Shown here one piece after another: positions 24,919 to 37,309 of a stretch of DNA of 64,000 bases. The notes under the pieces are model-generated. The model had not been told where the DNA came from. It worked only from the letters and a program-made list of their open reading frames with translations, and did not search any database. The DNA is taken from assembly GCF_004010195.1 (NCBI RefSeq), contig NC_057718.1, positions 95,366,852 to 95,430,851 of the forward strand. Reading direction: 5' to 3'. Made by a program: the position numbers and the translations under genes. The DNA comes from Chiloscyllium plagiosum (taxonomy: Eukaryota). Within the stretch, counting starts at the first letter, position 1. Each line of letters starts with the position of its first letter.

Positions 24919-26444
24919 TGATGTGAGGGATCAGAATTAGTAGTAGTACGGAGGCCTGTAAGGACAGTAGGGCTGAAGGTGCTTATGGAATTCGGAAGGC
25001 AACCTCCTGCCCTATTCCTGACTGATGGGGTCTAAAGATGAAAATTAATGTGTGTACACAAAGAAAATAGGTGACATAGTACATAAAAAGTAAATATATC
25101 ATTTCAGCTTACACAGTAACAGCCACAGTCAAATAATTTGATCGCCAAACCAATTATAAAAAATTGCAATATGTCAGGAAATAAAAAATGTGTTTAGAAA
25201 GAGTACAATGGCAGTTATTGTCCCCTAGATCGAAAAAAAAATTAGCTTTGTCGTCATTATATTAAAAAAAAACACTGATTCACCATGATCATCATCACAG
25301 GAGGTTTGCCAATTATATTAAAGAAATGAAATCATCCTTCATAACACTGGGGAAGCCTGAGGTGCTCATTATGACTGAAAAGCTATATTGCAATTTTGAG
25401 AAATGTACTTAATTACACTGCAATTTTCACCACAAATGTCATTTTATGGTAGTTGCTACATTGTTTTATGTTCCAACATGAATACTGTTAATGTACGTAG
25501 AACCATGACAGAAGGAGAAAGTGAGGTCTGCAGATGTTGGAGATCAGAGCTGAAAATGTGTTGCTGGAAAAGTGCAGATAGAAGACAAGAAATAAAATAT
25601 ATACGGGGGTTGGGGTTTATGGATACGAGAGAATAAATAAAATATTGAAAGAAATACTTCAGGAAGTTAGCTGGGTCTACAGAGATATCAGGATTGACTT
25701 GTCAGCTCAAGTGGTGTTGGATGATGTAAATTATGGGATTTATATGTATAATTTTAAGTTTACTTGTTGAGAGTTTGGGTTTGTGGTTTTGAGTTAGCAA
25801 TTGGTGTATAATGTTAATCAATTTGCAAGCACATCTGTAGCCATGGTGATTTCTTTTAAAACAGTTTTGGCAGGCTCAGTTAGATATTGAACGCTGAAGA
25901 GATTCCTTAAAGCTAAGCTATTTTCATTTCCTATCTAAAAATTGAAGTCGCAAAGGACGTAAACCTACCAAAAGTGTGAGAAGCAGGATTGCTGATGTAA
26001 ACGGTATTTTGGGTAACATACAAATTCTTTTATTTTCGATGACTGTGTGTTTTGGGATTGTTGGAACAATGTGTGCTGTTATGGACCAGGCCAGACACCC
26101 TCAAAATATTAAGAAGGTAGCCTATGATGCTAACTTTTTCTTATTTCAAAGGCAGATGTGAAGTGGGTGTTTCAGGGGTAATGCAACTGGTCAAACCACT
26201 CCGCTTTAAGCAAAATAGAATTTACTTAAAACACTACAATTGAAAGACGAACAAAAAAACATGAATTGTAAAATAACTATTGGAAAACTTAACTGAACTG
26301 ATATAGTAACTATTATTAATTAACTGTTCCAACAGAGTAACATCCCATAAACACACCCCTTGGCAAAAAGATAAATTTAAAAACAGATTCTTACAGGTAG
26401 GAGGGAAAATATAGAGAGCAATTTCAGACAGAGGAATTCTTTAC

Positions 26445-26670
26445 TGAACAAAAAAGTAGTACGGCACAGGAACAGGCCCTTTGACCCTCTAAGCTTGTAG
26501 CGATCATCATTCTCTTACTAAAAAGCAAACCTACCTTTATTCAGTCTGCATCCTTCTATTCCCTCCATATTCATGTAACCATCCAGATGCCTCTTAAATG
26601 CCAAAGTGCCTGCCACCACTGCCTCTTCCAGTAGTGTGTTCCAGGCTCCTATCATACTCTGAATGAAAAC
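26445..26670 (-). mobile_element. CR1-clade LINE 3' tail
   Basis: Minus ORF with WNTL.EEAVVAGTL.FKRHLDGYMN. Confidence 0.75.
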
Positions 26671-29221
26671 CTTGAAACTATTGCCTGAACTGGGAGAACT
26701 GGCCAGTACCCTTCCATTGTTAAACACCTTAAACTCTTTGGCACCTTTGCCTTTACATCCCCTCTTCAAAAAACTAAAAAAAATTAATCTTTTTAAAGTG
26801 ACAGCATTGATACAGTACATAGTGTTCAGAAATCTTCGCATTTGTATCAGAAGTAGATAGATTGGATTATTCTATTTTCTTTTGCAATATAAGTCTATTT
26901 TGTTAAGCACACGCTGGTACAAACTTACTTATGTTTCACTATGTGACCACAGAGATAAAACCAAAACAAAAAAAATTCAAACCATCAGGCCAGGTTCCTG
27001 TCTCGGATCTGACCTGTTTGGTAATAAGATTAGCTGGGATCATAATAGTTTGTGGAGTTTTAAATTTTCATAGCCAGAATTATCTTCAAAATTTATACAA
27101 AATATTTAATACAAAAAGATATTGAACGTGTTTGATTGGTTCTTACTTTCTTGTTGCAAAGCTTTGAATATCATACACTTTGGCTGAGGCACTGAAGTGT
27201 TTCCTATTGCGATTGTTGTAAAGATTACACAGACATCAAAACTACATGAGAAGTAACTTTCCCAGTAAAATGGTCCATAGTTAAAGTATACATGTTTGGT
27301 TGTACTGAAGGTAGAAACAGATTTGGGACTCCAGAAACTCACTCCATACCTCCACCTAATGGTTGAAACCTGCAATTATATTGTGGAAATTCAGACATCA
27401 AAACTGAATAAGAATGATTGGCATAGAATTTTACAAAGTTGATGGCAAGGATTGGTTAAAAAGAAATCCGGAAATACAACATATGGACATGAAGTGCACA
27501 TTACCTCCATACACCTTTAAGATATTACATTGAAAGAATCAATGGAGATTAGGAAATATAGTGATTTATAACTTTATTTTACTTCCAGTGCATCCAGTAC
27601 TCGAATGTGACTTCAACTTATGGGCTGCATTGCAGGTTGTAAGGGAGCTTAATAAAAGACAACCTCAATTTACCTCCTACTACTGACTGGTAAAATTACA
27701 TATGAATTAGTTGTTCCCCTCCACAGGGATGGCTGGAGCTGAGAAATGGAAACATTGTCTTTTAAGCCTGAAATTAAGCTAGTAGACAGGAAGAACTTTT
27801 GATTGTAATTGACTTGCATCTTTGAGAGCTGGGTAATATAATGCCAATATTGACAGCTATAATATTCAAGTGAATAAATAATTCATCTTTTCTTTAATGT
27901 AGCTCTTCCAAAAACTGAAAAAGATTAAAAGGATGTTCTAAAGGACAATATGCATTCAAGAGATAATTCTGCTACAGTAAAATAGATAACCAGATTCCTG
28001 TTTCAGGATGACCTCGATTGCACAAAGGCCAAGTATTTTAACCATCAGTTATTTTTGAAATAGAGTTGAGAACTAGAGGACGCCAACTTAAATAAATGTT
28101 AAATGAATCAATTACAATTTAAAAAAGAAATACAGCAAGAGGTTAAGAGCTGGAATGGGTGTACTGAGAGTGTGGCGGAGACAGATTTAATTGTGGCTTT
28201 CAAAACAAAATTGGATAATGAAAAGAACTGTAGGCCACAAGTGGTGGTGTAGGGCCTTGTGACCGTCAGTGATTTTGTACACATATACTTCTGGGTCTCT
28301 GACATTACATCTCATTTAGAATTGTACCCTTTATTTGATACCGACACTCCATATTCTCCCTACCAAAATCAATCACTTCACATTTCTCTACATTAAGCTT
28401 CATCCGCCACTTGTCCACCAATCTATGCCCTCAAGTTTATCTCTACGATCTCCACAGTTCACAATACTTAAAAGTTTGTGTCATTTACAGATTTTGAAAT
28501 TGTGTACACACCAAAGAGTTTTTTTTGCCAGGAACAGCAGGTTCAAACAGCAACATCTGGAATACCACTGCATCCCCTCTCCAGGAAACTCAATCATTTA
28601 CTATTACTGTTTCCTGGCACTCAGCCAATTCCATATAGCTATTGAGCTTAAGGAATAAAAAGGTGGGTAGCAATCAATGTGCTACATAACAGGCATGTCC
28701 TCTATCAATTGCATTACCTTAATAAAATAACTCCAGTTAACCAAATTACCTTTTAAAATAATTGCTGGTTTTCCATTGTTAATATGCAGTTGCTCAAATG
28801 ATTTAACTGTGTCCCAATTTATTGTCTGAAAGCTTTTCCACAATAGATTTGAACAGGTTTGTCTGAAGTTAAAGTTTATCCTTATACCTTTCTTGAGCAA
28901 AGATGCAGCAGTTACAATTTTCCAGTCCTCTGACAGCACTTCAGTGTTTTAGAATTGGAAGACTATAGTCAGTCAGTACCATCACAATTTCCACACTTGT
29001 TTCCTTTTGTATTCACAGAGAAAGTTAACATTTCAGATCTGGAATTTTGACCAGAATTGCTAACTACTTCTTTTGCCTTAGATGCTGCCAGATCTGCTAA
29101 GACTTTCCAGCATTTACTTCTATTAGAGTAGCATTTATTCTGTCCTACAGTTGGAAAATTTCTGTTGGCATATTCTTGCATTGAGTTGAGATAAATAAAT
29201 TGTTTTCCATTGTCCCCAAAG

Positions 29222-29305
29222 GAGAAGGAACTGGAGAATTTGGCAGCTATGGACTTGGAACTGGAGAAAATGGCAGAGAAGCTACATGGAAGTCAAAGAA
29301 ATTAA
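29222..29305 (+). CDS. CHGB: Chromogranin B coding exon 5 (EKELENLAAMDLELEKMAEKLHGSQRN*)
   Basis: Near-identical to the CgB C-terminus KELENLAAMDLELQKIAEK; aag| acceptor, phase 0, TAA at 29303-29305. Confidence 0.95.
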   Translation, partial: EKELENLAAMDLELEKMAEKLHGSQRN

Positions 29306-29616
29306 TTCAATGTTGTCAGAAAAGTCATTTAGCTCCTCTGCTATACCATGTTTTAAAAAACATAAAAGAGCCACATATATTATGTCATGCACTTAAAGTG
29401 AAAGGCAACTTGCACAGTATCACAAAGTATTTTGTTGTTTGCTAGACGCTATGTTTTAGAATGCTGGTAATGTCCCATTGTGCACTTCTATAGTGTTAAA
29501 TGTTATGAATATTTAAAGGCATGAAAAACAAATAGGTTGGGTTCATTATTCATGGAAACTTAGCTTCACTTTTATTTCACGTTATTGTACTGTGGTTCAG
29601 CCTGTAATTTGCTATA

Positions 29617-29683
29617 AATAAAAACAGAAGTACTGACTCTAATCCTCTACGTCACTTCTACTTTCAGCCAACTATGAAATAAA
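29617..29683 (+). terminator. Candidate CHGB polyadenylation signals
   Basis: AATAAA at 29617-29622 and 29678-29683, 310-380 nt after the stop codon. Confidence 0.55.
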
Positions 29684-29984
29684 AGGCAATACTGAAATGG
29701 CAAAATGCAGTTGAATTCAATAACAATTACTTAACCACAGGGCCTGAACAGCATATTCTACAACAGAAGATTACACCGTATAACACATTTCTGGTGGGAT
29801 ACATTACAACTGTACACTTTTTTTAAGTAAACAAAATGATGCCATTTACAGCGCACAATTGGGAAATCTGGGATAGATATTTCAAAAAATTCATAAGAAT
29901 AAATTTAAGTAAATAAAAACTTGCATTTACATAGTATGTTTATGACCTTATGGTGCTTGTGTTATAACTAAAGGACTATGACAT

Positions 29985-30335
29985 AGAGGTGCTGGTGTTG
30001 CACTGGCGTGGATAAAATTAAAAATCACACAACACTACGTTATAAGTCCAACTGGTTTATAGAACAAAGTCTGTTATCTGAATGTCAATTGTCTGAATTT
30101 CGGATTATCCAAACAAGATCTCAAGGTCCCATAAAAATGTTATCCGAACAAAACACTCCCCACCTTGATTCAGATAATCGAGGTTGTTCTGTATTTGGAA
30201 GTACAAGCTTTCTTTTACTATAAACTGCGTGTCCTACGATCCTGCCCCATTAGCTACATGACAAAAGAGCAGCACTCAAAGCTTGCACTTCCAAAAAAAT
30301 TTGTTGGACTATAACCTGGTGTGTGGTTTTTAACA
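29985..30335. mobile_element. Family B palindromic PLE-derived element, split by a MITE
   Basis: aaaaatcacacaacactacgttataagtccaac...tttggaagtacaagcttt / aaagcttgcacttcc...gttggactataacctggtgtgtggttttt. Confidence 0.7.
30060..30191. mobile_element. Tc1/mariner-type (Tigger-like) MITE with TA target-site duplication
   Basis: Imperfect TIRs tagaacaaagtctgttatctgaa / ttcagataatcgaggttgttctg, flanked by TA at 30058-59 and 30192-93; removal restores the host palindrome. Confidence 0.65.
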
Positions 30336-32005
30336 ACTGAAGGACTAATTAAAGTGTCAATTGGCATCACTCTAATGTTGGAAATATTGCAATTTGTGCA
30401 AACGATCAAATAGTTTACCATTAATGACCAGATAATTTACTAAATAAGGTAGGTGAGATACTGGTGGGTGGTGTAAAACTACACACTCTAAAATAGAATT
30501 AAATGTTACATTCTCCTTAAGTTTTCATTGAGAATGAGAAGTTAGGTGGCCAGCAAACAACTTGCCCACCCATCTGGGTTTAATGCATAATTAAAGTCTC
30601 AATTGATCCCAATAATACATATCTTTCTATAGTTAGGCAGTAGTGAACAGCCTGTTTTTAAGAAATTAAAAAAGATGGTGGTGGTATTGTAGATGAGAGA
30701 ACAAACTTCAATTTATCACCTCTGTTCAGATGCAGATTTTTTTCACTCATTTTCTACTGTTCTCACTGTTATAGAATTAACACTTCAATACACTGCAGAG
30801 CTGTTTTTCATGTCCTGAGTAAAGTACAGCATTTGAACTGATCAAATGCTGAGACTTGGGAAATTGTTGTGCATAAATTTGTTTTGGGAATTGTCTTCCT
30901 ATGTACATTTTCAAGCACAAAGCTACTTTAGGTCCATATTTAATCTAAGGATGCAGTTGAATACTTAATCTTCTAGGCTTGTGACAAATTTTATAAGCAT
31001 CCATTTTGGATAGGCAAATCCTTTTTGTAATTGCTTATCTGACCTCAAAAGTGCACTGTTCTCAGTTCCCACATTACAGAAATAATGAAAATTGAGGAAC
31101 TTTAAAGAGCTATCATTTATACATTGTAGTACAGTCTCAACTCACCCATACTTCCAGATAGTGTAGATAATGCTTAGTTTAGCTATCACACTATGAAATG
31201 CTCTCCTCCAGGGAAGGTGATCTTGTAGACCAGTTGGCTCAAGCTTCCTCTCACAATCACATATTTCCAATTACATGCACAGGATCAGAGGTTTACCTCT
31301 TCCAAGAAACCCTGGCATCTTTTTCATCTTTCACTGAAGTACAGCAATTACACAAATTGCTTTCTGTATTTCTAAAGACTGGAGTCACGTTACTTGAAAT
31401 TGCAGCAATGGCATCTTTAGGAGCTGCATGGTCTCAATCTACACCTTTGCGTAAATCTCAAGTTACTGCACAGATCATAGATTTAAACAAGCTGGCCCTG
31501 CTAAATCAGCAGAGGTCAGCATTTACTCTAGCATCAGTGCACACAACTGAATAGGGTGACCACCTCCTTCCTCTCACCACTTCCCATCCTTCCCCAACAG
31601 GGATGTGACTTATATTACTGAGTGAAATGCAACCTTCCTTAAAAATTCTGTACTACATGTACAATGTCAATTACAATGATAAATTCAGGTTGGGCTTTTA
31701 TCCCCCCAAAACATCCACTGAGGGATCCATACCAACAAACATATGAACATGATTAAAACCATAGGTAGTAATATATAACAATCATGCAATAGATAGAGTA
31801 AATAATATTATGTTGGTAAACTGAGCAGTACCAGATTCAGTTCTAATATGGATATTAAAAAACAAAAATGCAACATGTTAATATAAATAGTACAAACTGT
31901 ATAACCTACAAAAAGGTACTAATTTATTTTTAAAAATGTTAACTCTCATGCAGGGAAGATGATAAAAGCATTTATTTAGCTCCCAGTAACCCTAACTGTG
32001 AAGTA

Positions 32006-33135
32006 GGGAGAAAGTGAGGACTGCAGATCAGAGTCGAAAAGCATGGCACTGGAAAAGCACAGCAGGTCAGACAGTGTCCAATAAGAGTGTTGATGTTTTG
32101 GGCATAAGCCCTTCATCAGGTATGTGAGGAAGGGGGAGCCGAGAGATAAATACGAGGGTGAGGGTGGGAGAAAAAGGTAGATACAGGTGGGGGATGGTGG
32201 TGATAGGTCAGAGCAGATAGGTGGGAAGGAAGATGGACAAGTGGGACAGGTCAAGGAGCAGTACTGACTTGGAGGGTTGGGTTTGGAATGAGGTACGGGG
32301 AAGGGAGATAACAAAACTGGTGAAGTCGACGTTGATGCGGCATGGTTGGAGGGTCCCGAGACGAAAGATGAGGCTTTCTTCCTCTGTTGGTGGGTGGCAT
32401 GGATTTGGTGGAGGTGGCAACCCAAGACTTTAATGTCCTTGGCAGAGTGGGAGGGAGAGTGGTCAGCCACAGGGCAGTGGGGTTGTTTGATGCGTGTGAC
32501 CCAGAAATGTTCCCTGAAATATTCCACGAGTTGGCATCCTGTCTCTTCAATGTAGAAAAGACCACATTGAGAGCAACAGAGAGTAGATGAGGTGTATGGA
32601 TATGCAGGAAAATCTCTGCTGGATGTGGAAGGATCCTTTGGGGCCTTGAACAGAGATTTTGGGGGGGGTGAGCGCAGGTTTTACATCACTTGCGGCAATA
32701 AGGGACAGTGCCAGGAGTGGAGGGTGGGCTGGTGGGGTGTGCACCTAATGGGAGAGTCACATAGGGAATGGTCTCTGTGGAATGCAGATGGGGTGGGGAG
32801 GGAAATCTCTCTCTGGTGGTGAGGTCTGATTGTAGGTGGTAGAAATGGTAGAGGATAATGCACTGTATCTGGAGATTAGTGGAGTGGAAGGTGAGGACCG
32901 GGGAGTTCTAGTCTTGTTGCAGTTGGAGGGGTGGGGTTCAAGGGCAGAGGTGCAGGAAGTGGAGATGCATGGGACGGCATTGCTCATTATGTGGGAGTGG
33001 AAATTGCAGTCTTTGAAATAGGAGGCCATCTGGGATGTCCTGGAGTGGAAGTGCTCCTCCTGGGAGCAGATATGGCAGTGGTGTAGTCCAGGTAGTAGTG
33101 GGAATTGGCAGGTTTGAAGTAGATGTCTGTGTTGG
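32006..33135 (-). mobile_element. Penelope-like retroelement fragment (RT C-terminus, GIY-YIG endonuclease, 3' terminal repeat with hammerhead remnant)
   Basis: Minus ORF pieces SVQGPKGSFHIQQRFSC, FREH, EESLIFRLGTLQP..INVDF; downstream cctgatgaagggcttatgcccaaaacatc and the family A terminus. Confidence 0.85.
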
Positions 33136-33151
33136 AGAAGCTGAGAAGAGC

Positions 33152-33322
33152 AGAAAGTGAGGACTGCAGATGCTGGAGATCAGAGCTGAAAATGTGTTGC
33201 TGGAAAAGCGCAGGTCAGGCAGCATCCAAGGAACAGGATTCCTGAAGAAGGGCTTATGCCCGAAACGTCAATTCTCCTGTTCCTTGGATGCTGCCTGACC
33301 TGCTGCGCTTTTCCAGCAACAC
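33152..33322. mobile_element. Family A palindromic PLE-derived element with 16-bp target-site duplication
   Basis: Flanked by agaagctgagaagagc at 33136-33151 and 33323-33338; inverted arms. Confidence 0.83.
33236..33275 (+). ncRNA. Candidate minimal hammerhead ribozyme (core intact, stem I weakened)
   Basis: CUGAAGA (33242-48)-A-GGGC(UUAU)GCCC-GAAACGUC; predicted cleavage after 33269. Confidence 0.5.
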
Positions 33323-35454
33323 AGAAGCTGAGAAGAGCTTGGAAACATTAGTACTTCAGTGCAGCTGAGCGCAGGAAGGTTGAAATGCCGACATACAACT
33401 GAGCAGATTAGAGCTTAGGGACGAAACCAGGGACATACCTGGTTGCGAGTACCCAGCTGCTGGTGAAGAGCAGGAATTATGTTTGGAATTTCACAGTGCA
33501 GATCTATAACAGGAGGGTGATAAGCTCGAAGAACAACATTCGTTCAGATAATCCATGATGAAATAGCACTTGAGATGGAATTAATGCCAAATCAGTAAAA
33601 ATGAGGAATTGCAATCTCTTGTAAAGTCAATGACATTTGATGATCAGCGACACTAACAATTGGAGACAGGTGCTGAGAAATTCAAGGAATCTGTTTTGAC
33701 TACATTTACCAAGTTGTGTACACTGTAGAATGTTTTATCATAGTACATACCCATATATACAAGTTAACTGTGGGTGTTAGAAAGAAACTGCACAGGTTCT
33801 GGTGGATTGTATTGGTAGTTCTAGTTTGTACAGTATTGTTATTTGCTCGAATTTGAGGAGTTCTATTGCTTTCATCCAAGTTCTTTGGAAGTCGTCATGG
33901 TCTGCTTGAAAAATAAAGGGAAATGGTGTTAACCAGATCACAGTATAATTTGGTGACCTTTTCCAAGATCACAAGGATTTCTCATCTGGTCCAGGATTAA
34001 ATATTCAATCAATAGAATGCACAGCCAGGTCAGAAAACTACAAAATACAATTTTGGGTCACCACAAGTCAAAAAAGAATAGAAGATTAAATGAGAAAGGA
34101 ATAAAATCCCAATGTAATGGGAATGAAATGCAAGGGAAGATTAAAGAAGCCCAATACACTCTAGAAAGACTAAATTGGGGAAATAAGAGGACATTTAGCA
34201 GGAACAACTCAATCCAAACAAACAAAGATCTGGTGAACTCAGTATTACTGCAGGACAAACCAGTAAGAACAGATGGTGAGGAAACATTTGGAAAAATCTA
34301 AATAATAGGGGAGTACAATGGAGTAAAACATGAGGAGAGTTCAAAGTATGGCTGCATGTTTGACTGGGGATGTTGGTTTGAGGTACAAATTTCAATGGAG
34401 TTCATTATATTTCATTGTTGATATTTTAATGTTATAAGCAAAAGAAAAATCAACTTTTATTTTACCATGGCAAATTTAAGACAATGTGGTTTGAACTGAA
34501 GAATATTTAGAATATATAAATAGTTCTGTTACAGTTTAAGGGCCTGTCAAGTCTTTGCAATCAAAGCACATCCTCAATACATGCAAAATTTATATTAAAA
34601 AAATTCACTTTTGAACACTGAGTGTAGACACTGAATGTTTACCATATCTGAACTTTCAAGTTTGAGTGAAAGAAACAATTATGGCTGTAACGAGGGACAG
34701 CAAGTGTTTTTGAACATTGAATCAAATTTTCCATACATTTAGTTCATGAAAAAGGACTGCATGTTGGACTAAATAATTATTTAGAAAAGCTAATCAAGTT
34801 TAAAATCTTGATTGAGAATTTATTTGAGATAACTCCATTTTTAAAAGTTGATTCCAGTGATGTGACACTTTCAATACAGATAAACTAGTAATGAAAACCG
34901 TTGTACAAATGATAAATAAGATCAATTTAAAATAGCTAAATCCATCAAGAAAAATACTTCAGTGCATGAAGTTAGTTTCCATAACTTGATACGAATGAAA
35001 CTGTGGAAAAAAAAGCAATGTTCGTTCCAGGTGGTCACAATTCCTAATTAATTTGGATAATCTTTTTGTTAAGTTAGAGTTTGTCAAATAGGCTAAGGCT
35101 GCCCGAAACAATTATTCAAGCAGGCTTCTAGAACTCTGAACCTAAGCTTTTCTTGTATTTAATTGCAGCATGCACACATTAAAAAAAAAAATACTTGGTT
35201 TCATTTCTTTTATATCCCAATCCTGCACATGTACACTGTACATAGCAATACTTGTCTCTGCATTAACAGCACCGACCTCACAGATGCAAAATCACTTTTG
35301 CTACTGCTCCACATCGAAGAAAATTCCAAATGGCACACATACCATATTATACCAAAATAAATGTATAGCAGTCTGTAGAAATTTGCAATTTGAGCTTTAC
35401 AATGAGCTCCAAGCTCAATCAATTTCAGGCTTAGCAACAGTATTTGGAGGAAAG

Positions 35455-35613
35455 CTAACTTTTGGATTCCTCAACTTTTTGTCTTTTGGCTGCAGGTTCT
35501 TCAGAAATATTGGCAACTGATTTCGTTCTGTCCATTGCAACCGTAATACCAGTCAGAATGTAGCCACCACCTCCACTCATTGTCAGCTTGGGATGAGTCC
35601 GATTTGGCAAAAC
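35455..35613 (-). CDS. TRMT6: TRMT6 coding exon 11 (VLPNRTHPKLTMSGGGGYILTG...EEPAAKRQKVEESKS*)
   Basis: Conserved HPKL.MSGGGGY motif; TAG at 35457-35455. Confidence 0.95.
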   Translation of the reverse strand, partial: VLPNRTHPKLTMSGGGGYILTGITVAMDRTKSVANISEEPAAKRQKVEESKS

Positions 35614-35763
35614 CTGAAATATTTGGATAAATTAATTTTTATACATTGCTGTAAATTAGTGCTAGAAGTTTAGAATACTTTTCTTTAAACACGCTATTTC
35701 TTCAGTTAATTATTCAAAGCTAATGGTAAAATGAGTGCAGGACCAGAGGGACTTAACATATAT

Positions 35764-35783
35764 ACACACACACACACACACAC
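35764..35783. repeat. (CA)n microsatellite
   Basis: acacacacacacacacacac. Confidence 0.9.
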
Positions 35784-35789
35784 GAGTCA

Positions 35790-36420
35790 TTCAAGGAGGC
35801 AGGACAGATTGAGAGCAAGGTTAATAAAGCATACAGTGCCCTCGGCTTTATTAATACAAACAAAGTACAAGAGAAAGGAGGGTATGTTGCACTTGTTCAA
35901 AACAAGGTGGCTTCAGCTTGAGTCCTGTGCCCATTTCTGGGTGACACACCTTAAGGTTGTGAAGGCATTGAAATGTGTGCAGAAATTACGGTTACAAAGA
36001 CAAATTGCAGATGTTTGGATTACTTTCTATGGAAAAACAAAAGGGCTGACAATAGTTTTGACAGAGGTATTCAAAATCATGAGAAGTGTGGACAGTCTGG
36101 AATAGATAGGGAGAAAATGTCACAGTTAATGGGAGGATCAATACTGATTGTACACGTTTAAAGTAATTGGCAAAAAAACTGTAAAAGATGAAAACAACAT
36201 TTATGCAGTGGATGGTTAGGATCTGGAATGCCAACCTGAGGTGTGTGGTGGAGGCAGGTTTAAGCAAAGCAGTCAAAAAGGAAATTAGCAAGTTATATAG
36301 AAAAGGAACAATGTGTAGGGTTATGGGGAATCTCTGGAGATTGTTTGTACCAGAGAGCTTTTCCAGCACCACGCTCCCGACTCCTGTATTGTAACAACGC
36401 TGTGATTCTGTGGTGTTTAT
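35790..36420 (+). mobile_element. Old degenerate CR1-type LINE 3' fragment
   Basis: Remnants LES CAHFW, EVFKIMRSVD, VRIWNA.L..VVEAG. Confidence 0.65.
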
Positions 36421-37027
36421 TAGGTCTCTCTTTGACGACAATCTTCAGAAAAACTGAATTTGGGTGGACTAAAACTTAGTAGTTCCAGCATGTAAAATTA
36501 ACCAAGTATTTTATGCTGTTCTGTAGTATGGCCACAAACTTGTTGAATTTCTATGTGAAAATTAAAATGCAAGAATATTTCAGCAAAGTTACCATGGTAA
36601 TCTGACTTTGAGAAACAGACAAGGTTTGATGGAATAAACATCTAATATAACTACATTGACAGAGCACATGCAACACATAATTGATGAGGTCTGGCGAGTT
36701 GAGTTAGCATGAAGAAAATTGGTTATATAACACCAAAACAAAACAGGAGAAAAATTTGTGGATCTGTCCAAACAACAATTATTTGCATAAACTGAAGACA
36801 ATCTTGGACAAATGAACATGGCTTGGCTCAGGAACACACAGCTAAAGAGAAACCACACGACTGAAAATGCCCACTGTATTAACAATGTATCTACCTAAGA
36901 GAGGACATGCAGCAGCAGAGCTCAATAGGACACATTATTCTCAGTCAGAAGATCATGGATGCACAAAACCTGTTCTCTGAAGTCCTACATTAATGGTCAA
37001 CTTGTTCAGAGTTTAGTTTAAGTTTAC

Positions 37028-37114
37028 CTGATAGCCTCTCAGCCATGTTTCAGATAACCTCAGGTTAACAACTCCACCCCTTTCTCGTAGATTTGAATAG
37101 CACACAAGCAAAGG
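37028..37114 (-). CDS. TRMT6: TRMT6 coding exon 10 (PLLVCYSNLRERGGVVNLRLSETWLRGYQ)
   Basis: 87 nt, ag/gt boundaries, conserved NLRLSETWLR. Confidence 0.95.
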
Positions 37115-37206
37115 CTAGATGAAGGAAGAGAACAAGGTAATGAACTGAACGGTGTTCTCAAATATTTAATCAAACCAACAATCTACTTTTATGTAGTTTA
37201 TTTTAC

Positions 37207-37309
37207 CTCTTTGTACTGGCAGTAGATGACAAATGGTCTAGATGGTGCCACAAACTCCAAAAGACAAAGTAATAAGGGGCTGGGATACAGGCGACTCGCT
37301 ATAATTAGC
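37207..37309 (-). CDS. TRMT6: TRMT6 coding exon 9 (LIIASRLYPSPLLLCLLEFVAPSRPFVIYCQYKE)
   Basis: 103 nt, conserved FVAPSRPFV.YCQYKE. Confidence 0.95.

Larger units (their letters stand above)
10372..29305 (+). other. CHGB: Gene span: chromogranin B / secretogranin-1, join(10372-10420,11298-11344,11462-11552,13598-15255,29222-29305), 642 aa
   Basis: Signal peptide, N-terminal C-x20-C disulfide loop, large acidic exon with dibasic sites, C-terminal ELENLAAMDLELEK; GT-AG junctions with consistent phases. Confidence 0.95.
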
